Below are positions 9,620-19,762 of a DNA stretch of 64,000 nt, in pieces. Made by a program: the position numbers and the translations under genes. Every line of letters begins with the position of its first letter. The first letter of the stretch is position 1. The stretch is from Thermoanaerobaculia bacterium. GTDB lineage: Bacteria; Acidobacteriota; Thermoanaerobaculia; Gp7-AA8. The notes under the pieces were generated by a model. That model saw nothing but the letters and a program-made list of their open reading frames with translations, had not been told where the DNA came from and ran no database searches. Location of the stretch: contig DASUSN010000211.1 in assembly GCA_036375075.1 (NCBI GenBank), forward strand, positions 8,075 to 72,074, given 5' to 3'.

Positions 9620-10474
9620 TCAGAAGATCGCCGCCGGGTCGACCTCGCCAGCAAGCTGGTACATCTTACTATCGGCCGTGTTGATTTCGATGTCCACGAC
9701 GGTGCCGGGGAATGGCGCCGCGAGCTTAGCCTTCCCTACGTTCGTCGCCCGGACCCACCAGTAACCACTCTCGGACGCCACTCGGATGGCTCCTCCGTTC
9801 TGTGCGATGAAGTCGCGGATGATCTTCAGCCCCAGCCCACCGGGTACTCGATCCGCGACACGCCGGGTCGTGTTCTGACCGGTCATCGCCCAGTCGATCG
9901 CCTCCGGAGCGGCCAACGCTTGCCCGAGATAGCCGCGCACGCTCGCCGGAATTCCGATCCCTCGGTCAGCCAGGCAGAAATGGAGCCGCTGTTTGGTGGG
10001 GAAGAACTGCCCGCACGCAAAGATGCCGAGTTGCGTTTTCGAGTGGGTCACAGCGTTCTCGAACAATTCGAAGATGCTTCGCCGGAACTCGCGCTGGAGG
10101 CCGACCGTCATGACGGGCAACCCCTTGCCGCGGAAGTTCTGCTCGACGTACGACTTGAAGTCGGCGCTACCCGTCACATCGAACTGTTGGAGGTGAATCG
10201 TGGTTCGATGCGTGTCATCGAGTGCGCCACCGAGGAAACCGTTCTTCCGCAAAATCGTCTCGATCGTCGGCCGCAGTTGTTGAAGAATGATGCGGCGTCC
10301 AGGCGCGACGATCGCGGCAGCGAGTGGCGCGCACATGTTCGCGTCCAGCCACGCGAGACGGCTGCAGTCGACGAGTACGTCACCGGCAGATTCTCGCTCG
10401 ATCGCCGCGTGAATACGGGCGAGATCGTCGAACCCGTCCTGGTCCGTGTTAATCCGATAGGCGTTGATTCTCAT
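9620..10474 (-). CDS. STAS-like N-terminal region fused to a GHKL (RsbW/SpoIIAB-like) ATPase/Ser-kinase domain
   Basis: N-box 'ELFENAVTHS', G1 'ADRGIGIP', G2 'PGGLGLKII'. The N-terminal 'VLVDCSRLAWLDANMCAPL' is STAS-like. ATG 10474 is preceded by AGGAAG. The ORF-track start at 10570 is a GTG without a visible SD. Confidence 0.75.
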   Translation of the reverse strand: MRINAYRINTDQDGFDDLARIHAAIERESAGDVLVDCSRLAWLDANMCAPLAAAIVAPGRRIILQQLRPTIETILRKNGFLGGALDDTHRTTIHLQQFDVTGSADFKSYVEQNFRGKGLPVMTVGLQREFRRSIFELFENAVTHSKTQLGIFACGQFFPTKQRLHFCLADRGIGIPASVRGYLGQALAAPEAIDWAMTGQNTTRRVADRVPGGLGLKIIRDFIAQNGGAIRVASESGYWWVRATNVGKAKLAAPFPGTVVDIEINTADSKMYQLAGEVDPAAIF

Positions 10475-10742
10475 CTTCCTGTGCTCCGGTGAGCCGTACA
10501 CCGTTGCAACCGACGCCACCGCGCGTAACGTCCTCAGAAGTGTCGCACGATCCGCGATGACGAGCTTCACGGCTTCGCGAACGGCCTCTGCCCACCGACC
10601 TTAGACACGTTCAGGCGCGCCGTCGCCGGACGGTGCATCGCCGCGCGACAGACCTGTGCGTGTGTCGCTAACTCCGCAGGTACTGCTCCGTACAGCCGCG
10701 TAATCGAAGGGCTGACCCCACCTAAATTCTCTGGTTAACGGC

Positions 10743-11072
10743 AGTCGGCAAACTTGCCCCACCGGTAGGCGAGCTTGCCCAACTGGTGGGCAACACTGGT
10801 GAGCCCGGTCGGCAAACTCGCACCGCGGGTCGGCAACACTGGTCACGGCGGCGGGCAAGGTCGCCCAGCCGGTGGGTAACACTGGTCAAGCCGGCTGGCA
10901 AACTCGCCCAGCCGGTGGGCATCACTGGTCAAGCCGGCCGGCAACTCGCCCAGCCGGTGGGCAACACTGGTCACGGCGGTGGGCAAGTTCGCCCAACCGG
11001 TGGGCAACACTGGTAACCCCGGCTGGCAAACTCGCCCAATCGGTGGGCAAGCTTACCCACCGGCTGGCATGG
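10743..11072. repeat. Tandem array of about 16 phased 20-22-bp units (43-bp double unit)
   Basis: GGCAA-type cores at 10748, 10768, 10789, 10811, 10832, 10854, 10875, 10897, 10918, 10940, 10960, 10982, 11003, 11025, 11046 and 11066. Type A (CCGGTGGGCAACACTGGTCA) alternates with type B (CCGGCTGGCAAACTCGCCCAG). Several units are internally palindromic (TGGGCAAGTTCGCCCA). Confidence 0.9.
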
Positions 11073-11081
11073 ACGGACCCT

Positions 11082-11100
11082 CCCCGCGCTTTTCGCGGGG
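11082..11100 (-). terminator. Possible terminator hairpin after the uvrA-like gene
   Basis: CCCCGCG-CTTTT-CGCGGGG stem-loop about 65 nt downstream of the stop at 11164. No U-tract. Confidence 0.3.
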
Positions 11101-11163
11101 CGAGGCGAGGATGGCCGAAGGCCGGTGAGAGACGCTCTCGCCTAAAGTGAACGCCATTGGGGG

Positions 11164-13557
<2,394 letters not shown>

Positions 13558-13569
13558 GGGGGCTCCAGT

Positions 13570-13695
13570 TCCTTGGGAGTTCCTCGGGTTCCTCGGTTCC
13601 TCGGAGTTCCTCGGGGGGGATGAGAGCTCCGAGGAGCCCCGAGGAACTCCGAGGAACCCGAGGAACTCCGAGGAACCCGAGGAACCGAGGAACTG
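13570..13695. repeat. Hairpin with tandem-repeat arms, unit GAGGAAC(Y)CC
   Basis: Left arm GGAGTTCCTCGGGTTCCTCGGTTCCTCGGAGTTCCTCGGGG pairs with right arm CCCCGAGGAACTCCGAGGAACCCGAGGAACTCCGAGGAACCCGAGGAACCGAGGAACT. Same unit as 58690-58782. Confidence 0.85.
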
Positions 13696-13705
13696 CTCGC
13701 ACGCT

Positions 13706-14121
13706 TCAGCGCAATTCCTGGATGCGGATCATGTTGCCCGCGGGATCGCGGAAGGCGCAGTCGCGGACGCCGTAGGGCTGGTCGGTGGGCTCCTGGACGA
13801 CCTCGGCGCCGCTGGCTTCCAGCTTGGCGAAGGTGGCGTCGAGGTCGGCGGTGGCGAGGTTGACGCCGAAGTAGCTGCCCTTGGCCATCAGCTCGTGAAT
13901 GGTGCGGCGCTCGTCGTCGGTGATGCCGGGGGCGGCGGCCGGCGGGTGCAGGACGATGGAGGTGTCGCGCTGGCCGGCGGGGCCGACGGTGATCCAGCGC
14001 ATGCCCTGGTAGCCGACGTCGTTGCGGACCTCGAAGCCGAGGGTGTCGCGGTAGAAGGCCAGGGAGGCGTCGGGGTCGCTGTGCGGCAGGAAGCTCGAGT
14101 GAATGGTGATGTTCATGCCGG

Positions 14122-14125
<4 letters not shown>
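13706..14125 (-). CDS. VOC (glyoxalase/bleomycin-resistance/dioxygenase) family protein
   Basis: 139 aa. 'SLAFYRDTLGFEV' and 'YGVRDCAFRDPAGNMIRI' are typical of the VOC fold. Confidence 0.85.
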
Positions 14126-14598
<473 letters not shown>

Positions 14599-14604
<6 letters not shown>

Positions 14605-14702
14605 CCTGAGCCGGCGTAGCGCGGCGAAGGACCCCCTGCGGTTCGCGACGACCGCGCATCTATCAGGGGGGTCCTTCGCCGTCTACGCGGCTCAGGATGA
14701 CA
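14599..14702. mobile_element. MITE/REP-like palindromic element, TGTCATCCTGAGCCG family (copy A)
   Basis: About 37-nt terminal inverted repeats: TGTCATCCTGAGCCGGCGTAGCGCGGCGAAGGACCCCC ... GGGGGGTCCTTCGCCGTCTACGCGGCTCAGGATGACA. Second copy at 54717-54821 in the opposite orientation. Confidence 0.8.
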
Positions 14703-14736
14703 GAGCGATTCGCGCACTTTGGAGTGCCCGACACGC

Positions 14737-15849
14737 TCATCTGTCGAGCAGCGGAGGGCCGCCTTTAAGAGCGCGACCGGACCTGTGCAGGTACTGGATC
14801 TCGACATTCCAGCCGCCGCGTACCGCGCGCCGCGCGTTAAAAAGCATTCGATTCGGAAACAACGACTCCGAATCGACGATGAGTGGTGGCCGGCCTTCTC
14901 CTCGGAACGACTCCGGCGCGATGGCCTGGAGCGCTTCGGCCGATCCACTCGAGAATACGGAATGATGTGTGGCGAGGCGAAGCACTCCCTTTGCCCAACG
15001 CTTGTGACGGACGATGAACCGAGTGAGCAAGCGCAGGTCGCGGAGGATCGCCCTTTTGTTTTGCGCCATTCCAAAGAACCTTCGAAGCGCTGAGACCTCC
15101 AAGAAGTGAGCATCGTCGAGCATCTCGTCTACGCGCTCATGGAATGCCGCATCATTGGAAGCGGAAGCGGCAAAGCCGGGCATGTTCACGTTGTTCGTAT
15201 AGCCGGCACGCAACGCAGCCAATACCGCAAGACGTGCAGCGGCTTCTGCCGAGAACTTCGCATTTTCCAGGGAAGAAATCATCCCGTGTGAAACGTCGAC
15301 GCCGAGGTCGACCTCGGCTTGCTCGCGCGAAGCGAGGATCAACAGGTAGGTCTGCCACGCGAGCTGATGCAGCGCGGTCCATGTCGCTTCGATTGTGAGG
15401 GCCTGGTCGAAGTCCGACTTTGGCGTGATCAGTCCTACGGAATCCATGACGGATTCATACATCGGCTCGAAGTATCGATCCACCGCGCTCCACAGCCCGC
15501 CGGTTCTATCGACGATCCGCAGTCGCTTGCGAAACGACGGAGCCGCCAACTCACGCAATCGGCGAGCGTGTGCCCAGGCGTCGCTTGCTGTCGCGGGAAT
15601 GATCACCTTGGTCGCGCCGCGCTCGACAAAGGTCGACAGCGAAGCGTTCAAGGCCGATCCGGCAATCGCCTGACTTTCTGCCCTGACAGGTTCGCCTTCC
15701 AGAAACGCTGACGACAACCCACTCGCTCGAAAGAAGTCCTCGCCTGTCCAGCGGAGAGGGACAGATAAACGCGGCTCCATGACGACGATATTTGCGAGCA
15801 TGCCCTCATTGTCTCGCACGGCGTCCACGTACGCGCCACGGTACGCCAC
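14737..15849 (-). CDS. Hypothetical protein, no recognisable domain (start uncertain)
   Basis: 370-aa ORF with visibly lower G+C than the flanks. Divergent from the SIR2-STAND gene. Candidate starts are GTG 15849, ATG 15801 and ATG 15780, none with a convincing SD. Confidence 0.5.
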   Translation of the reverse strand: MAYRGAYVDAVRDNEGMLANIVVMEPRLSVPLRWTGEDFFRASGLSSAFLEGEPVRAESQAIAGSALNASLSTFVERGATKVIIPATASDAWAHARRLRELAAPSFRKRLRIVDRTGGLWSAVDRYFEPMYESVMDSVGLITPKSDFDQALTIEATWTALHQLAWQTYLLILASREQAEVDLGVDVSHGMISSLENAKFSAEAAARLAVLAALRAGYTNNVNMPGFAASASNDAAFHERVDEMLDDAHFLEVSALRRFFGMAQNKRAILRDLRLLTRFIVRHKRWAKGVLRLATHHSVFSSGSAEALQAIAPESFRGEGRPPLIVDSESLFPNRMLFNARRAVRGGWNVEIQYLHRSGRALKGGPPLLDR

Positions 15850-15946
15850 GGCGAGACGGGCTGCTGCGCCTGTCGAATCGCCAGGTTTTTGGCCGTGCCG
15901 GGTAGGGAAATGGCCGCGCCGGGCCTCTCATGCTGTAGAGGGTCTC

Positions 15947-18900
15947 ATGAGCCGTATCGTCGGGTTCGGCGCGGAGAGGATCGAGCTGCCGTTTCATGCC
16001 GGTCGCGAGGCTGTCGACGAGCGCCGGCGCGTGATGCTCGCGCGCTGTTTGAACCTTCAGACCACGGTGGCTTTCCTCGGCAGCGGATGCTCGGCGCCGC
16101 TCGGCTACCCGCGCTGGCTCGACTTCACCCGTGGCGTGGTGGCCACCACCGCCACCGCTCTTGGCGAGTGCTCCGACTTTGTCCATCAGGAGCTCCGGTC
16201 GCGGCTGGAGAGGATCGCCGCCCGTCTTGCGCGAGCTCCCGCGCCGTCGACGCCGGACATGCTCTTCCATCTGGGGCTGTGCCAGCGCATCGGGAACGAT
16301 CTGGCCCGGGAGCACGGCGCGCCGAATCCGTACGATGACTATCTCCGCGTGACGTTCGGGCGCCCTGACACCGTGGAGCGTCCGGTCGACCCGGAGAACA
16401 ACCCTCACCACGCGCTACTCGAGCTGCCGATCAAGCGGTTCGTCACCACGAACTACGACGTCGAGCTCGAGCTTGCGCTGAGCACCCGCCACGCGGGGCT
16501 CCGGCCCCGCTCCTTCACGCAACGCTCCGAGCACTACGACGAGCTGGCCGCCTTCGCGCTCGCGCACATCCCCGGCACGGAAAACATGGTGTTCCACTGT
16601 CACGGCCGTTATGACGACCTGCCGACGATCGTGGCCACGGAAGCCGACTACCAGCGGTGGTACGTCGACGAGAGCGATCCCGCGGCCGAGACCTTCCGCC
16701 AGAGCCTGCGCCTCCTCTTCGGGTCGAACCCGATTTTTTTCATTGGCTTCGGCATGGAGGACTACGACCTGCTCGCTCCCCTGCGGCTGTTGAATACGGA
16801 TCGCACCCAGCAGCGCACGCGCGCGCGCCAGTTGTTCGCCCTCATGCCGGAGGCCGAGGGCGACGACGAGGCGCGGGATCGGAGCGACCAGCTTTACGAG
16901 CGGTACGGGGTGCACGTGATTCCATACCGCAAGCCGGACGGCGGCGCGTCCGAGTGGGGGCGCGCGCTCTGCCGGGCGCTGAAGCAGATTCGCAACGAGT
17001 GGTGCGATGCCCGCGACGAGTTCCTCGCCAAACCCGTCATCCGTAAAGTGAGCGTCCCGGCACGGCCGCGGGAGCCTTATCTCCACTACGCGCTGGACCG
17101 CGGCGACGCGGCCGACATCGCGCCCGAACGGACGAAGGAGGATCTGCGGGAGCTGCAGAAGCTGATCGCCGAGCCGGGCATCGTCGTGGTGTACGGCTCG
17201 GGCGGCAGCGGCAAGAGCTGGCGCGTCCTCGAGCTGCTCGATCGCGTGCAGCAGAACCGCGGATCGTTCCAGTTCCACGGCGTGTTTTTCTGGTCCTCCT
17301 ATTACGCCGACGATTGGCTCACGGGACTGGACCGGGTTCTGACTTACCTCGACAGCCCCATCCGCCCGCGCTCGACGCGTCTGCAGCGTTTCGAGGACTC
17401 GCTCAAAGAGCGGCACCTGATCGTCTTCGACGGGTTCGAGCGGCTGCTGCGCGAGAAAGGAGCGGTCGAGGCGGGGACTCCCTACAGCCGCGCCGTGGAG
17501 CGCATCCTCGAGATGGCCCGAGACGGCGAGTCAACGGTGGTGCTGACGACGCGGCTGCAGCCGGACGTCCTGGAAGAGGGCAAGCGCGTACGTCTCTTTC
17601 CGATGCGGCGCCTCACCACCGAGGATCTCGAGAAGGGGCAACCGTTCGCGTCTCTGCAGCGCCAGGGACTGACGGTCGACGACGTCAGTGCGCTCTGCTC
17701 CCTCTGCGAAGGCCACAGTTATGCGCTCGCCCTGGCGGCGGCACACATCGGCGCCGCCGGTCCGGCTCACGTGGTCGACCGGATGACGCGGTTGCGGCGG
17801 GAGCTCTCGCTGGTCTCGCCGGCGCGGCGCATCGCGCAGGTCATCAGGATGGCGATCGAAGACGTCCGCGCCCGCACGAGTCCGAAAACCACGGAGCTCC
17901 TGGAGCGCCTGTCCATCTTCATGAGTCCCGCCACCGATGCCACGATCGAGATCTGTTGGGGCGACGAGCCGCACCTCGACGATGCCCTCGACGCGCTCCG
18001 CACGGCGCGCTTGATCTTCCCGGTGCAGGCGCATCCCGCCGGGGGCACGGAGCCCGGCTACACGGTCCATCCCACCGTGCGCACGTACATGTTCCACCAG
18101 GATCGCTGGGAGGAATCGGATTCGCTGCCGAACTTCACGCTGGCCGGCTTCACCTCCGGCAACGCACCCGTCCATCCCGGGAAGGGGAAACCTCTCCGGA
18201 TCTTCAAGAGCGTTTTCGAGCTCCTCTGCCACGCCGCCGAGCGCGCCATGGACGAGGGACAGACCGACAAAGCGCGCGAGCTCTGTCGCAGCGCGTTCGG
18301 AGTGCTCCGCTCGCGCACCGAAGCCAATTCCGCGGCGCGATGGACGAACTACGACGACTACATCGATCGTGGCGTCAAGCTCTCCAACCTCCTCAAGCGC
18401 GTCTCACCCCCGATGTGGGACTACCTCGAGCGTCTCCACGCGCAGACCAAGGAATTGCCCGAGGGACCTCTGCACGCCGACGAACTGGCGTGGTTGTGGA
18501 ACGACATCGGGCTGGCCTTCTACGCCCAGGGCGCCATGGCCGACGCGTACGCGGTGTGGGAGCTCGGCTACGAGATCACGAAGGTCACCGACAGCGAAGA
18601 AGGCGGCCAGTACACCGTCCAGTCGCAGCTCGAGATGATGGGGGTGTTCCTGGAGATGGGCCGGCTGGGCACGGCCGCGGAGTACCTGACGCAGGCGGAG
18701 AAAGCGAACGAGAAATACGGCGACCGCGACTATCGCGCCCGGTTGATGGGCTACCGCGGGCTGCTCGCCCATCTGCGGAACAACTTCGACGAGGCCGAGA
18801 CCCTGTACGCCGAGGCGCTGGAGCTGTTGCGGCGATCGGGAAAGCGGAACCTGCGCGCGATGAGCATCTTCACGCAGCACTGGGCCGACCTCAAGCTCGC

Positions 18901-19393
18901 GAAGAAAGAGCTCGAGGAGGCCCGGGACCTCATCCGCAGCAGCACGTCCATGGCGAATGAAGGCGGTCATGTGGACCTGGTGGCGTACGCGCGGAACTCG
19001 CACGCCCACCTTCTGCGCGCGCAGCGCCAGTACGTGGAGGCGCAGGCGGAGTACCGGTCGATTCTGGAGGAGGCGCGAAGGATCGGCCTCCGGCGGCTGG
19101 AGGCGGACGTACTGTCCGAGATGGCGCGCCTGGCGCTGGAGCTGGGCGACTGGAACACGGCGCGCACCCGGGCCATCAACGCGCTGATGGTCGCCAATGG
19201 ACTCGGCCTCGGCCTCCGCCGCACCCATGGTCTCGTCGTTCTCGGCCTGGCCATGATCCAGGCCCGCAACCCGAAGCTGGGAGCCGCGTATCTGCGGCAT
19301 GCGTGGAGCCTCGCGCGCACGCAGGGGTATCAGCTCCGGGCGGACGAGGCGGCGCGCAGGCTTCGCGAGATCGGTGAAGAACTCCCGGCCTGA
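15947..19393 (+). CDS. SIR2-like domain + NB-ARC/STAND NTPase + TPR array (Avs / bacterial NLR-like protein)
   Basis: SIR2_2-type motifs 'FLGSGCSAPLGYPRW', 'FVTTNYD', 'FHCHGRYDD' and 'IFFIGFGMEDYDL'. Walker A 'YGSGGSGKS', Walker B 'LIVFDGFE', 'VVLTTR', GLPL-like 'CEGHSYALALAA'. About 350 C-terminal residues are TPR-like helices. Start taken at ATG 15947 (MSRIVGF). Confidence 0.85.
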   Translation: MSRIVGFGAERIELPFHAGREAVDERRRVMLARCLNLQTTVAFLGSGCSAPLGYPRWLDFTRGVVATTATALGECSDFVHQELRSRLERIAARLARAPAPSTPDMLFHLGLCQRIGNDLAREHGAPNPYDDYLRVTFGRPDTVERPVDPENNPHHALLELPIKRFVTTNYDVELELALSTRHAGLRPRSFTQRSEHYDELAAFALAHIPGTENMVFHCHGRYDDLPTIVATEADYQRWYVDESDPAAETFRQSLRLLFGSNPIFFIGFGMEDYDLLAPLRLLNTDRTQQRTRARQLFALMPEAEGDDEARDRSDQLYERYGVHVIPYRKPDGGASEWGRALCRALKQIRNEWCDARDEFLAKPVIRKVSVPARPREPYLHYALDRGDAADIAPERTKEDLRELQKLIAEPGIVVVYGSGGSGKSWRVLELLDRVQQNRGSFQFHGVFFWSSYYADDWLTGLDRVLTYLDSPIRPRSTRLQRFEDSLKERHLIVFDGFERLLREKGAVEAGTPYSRAVERILEMARDGESTVVLTTRLQPDVLEEGKRVRLFPMRRLTTEDLEKGQPFASLQRQGLTVDDVSALCSLCEGHSYALALAAAHIGAAGPAHVVDRMTRLRRELSLVSPARRIAQVIRMAIEDVRARTSPKTTELLERLSIFMSPATDATIEICWGDEPHLDDALDALRTARLIFPVQAHPAGGTEPGYTVHPTVRTYMFHQDRWEESDSLPNFTLAGFTSGNAPVHPGKGKPLRIFKSVFELLCHAAERAMDEGQTDKARELCRSAFGVLRSRTEANSAARWTNYDDYIDRGVKLSNLLKRVSPPMWDYLERLHAQTKELPEGPLHADELAWLWNDIGLAFYAQGAMADAYAVWELGYEITKVTDSEEGGQYTVQSQLEMMGVFLEMGRLGTAAEYLTQAEKANEKYGDRDYRARLMGYRGLLAHLRNNFDEAETLYAEALELLRRSGKRNLRAMSIFTQHWADLKLAKKELEEARDLIRSSTSMANEGGHVDLVAYARNSHAHLLRAQRQYVEAQAEYRSILEEARRIGLRRLEADVLSEMARLALELGDWNTARTRAINALMVANGLGLGLRRTHGLVVLGLAMIQARNPKLGAAYLRHAWSLARTQGYQLRADEAARRLREIGEELPA

Positions 19394-19415
19394 TGCCGGA
19401 AAGACGGAGGAGCTC

Positions 19416-19673
19416 ATGTCTTCAACGCCCCATTCTCAAATCTGGCTCGAAGTCCAGAACGTCCGCCTGCTCCTGCCTGGCAACACGATCGAGGTGCAGC
19501 TTCGCGGCGACAAGGACCACGCCTGGTTGCCCACGAAGGCAGCGGTCTCATCGTTCGCCACGGTCTTCGAGGCGATGGACAAGAAGCGCCCCGTCCACGC
19601 CTGCCTGACCGCCGGGAACGGTGGTCTCGAAGTGGGCGAAGTGGCGATCCTCTTCGCCGAACCGCAGCGCTGA
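19416..19673 (+). CDS. Small hypothetical protein (85 aa) coupled to the SIR2-STAND gene
   Basis: ATG lies 22 nt after the STAND stop and is preceded by GGAGGAG. MSSTPHSQIWLEVQNVRLLLPGNTIEVQLRGDKDHAWLPTK... No family recognised. Confidence 0.5.
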   Translation: MSSTPHSQIWLEVQNVRLLLPGNTIEVQLRGDKDHAWLPTKAAVSSFATVFEAMDKKRPVHACLTAGNGGLEVGEVAILFAEPQR

Positions 19674-19722
19674 CCTGGACCCGGCTCAGGATGACAGCGC
19701 GATAAGGCGTGCGAATACGAAA

Positions 19723-19746
19723 GCGGAGGCGGTTGGTTGCCTCCGC
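19723..19746. terminator. Hairpin between convergent genes (small ORF / SCO1)
   Basis: GCGGAGGC-GGTTGGTT-GCCTCCGC. It is followed by ACTCCATACCCC, a motif shared with 49393-49406 and 55016-55030. Confidence 0.4.
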
Positions 19747-19762
19747 ACTCCATACCCCTTCC

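Noticed and set aside
10743-11072. CRISPR array
   Set aside because: The repeats are directly abutting with no unique spacers. The units are only 21-22 bp and of two alternating types. No cas genes are in the window.
10743-11072. Multiple sigma-54 promoters (TGGCA...GC) within the type B units
   Set aside because: The GG-to-GC spacing in TGGCAAACTCGCC is about 9 nt rather than the 12 nt of the -24/-12 consensus. No enhancer-binding protein gene is nearby.
10601-11150. Four short ORFs with repeating peptides (PTGWASLPAGVTSV and similar) across the tandem array
   Set aside because: The 43-bp period is not divisible by 3, so each repeat shifts the frame. All frames are open simply because the unit lacks stop codons. 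There are no start or SD signals.
15779-15946. Upstream extension of the SIR2-STAND ORF (track start at 15779)
   Set aside because: The extension overlaps the divergent gene, is Arg/Ala/Pro-rich and precedes the SIR2 domain with no homology. ATG 15947 (MSRIVGF) leaves a sensible divergent intergenic region.
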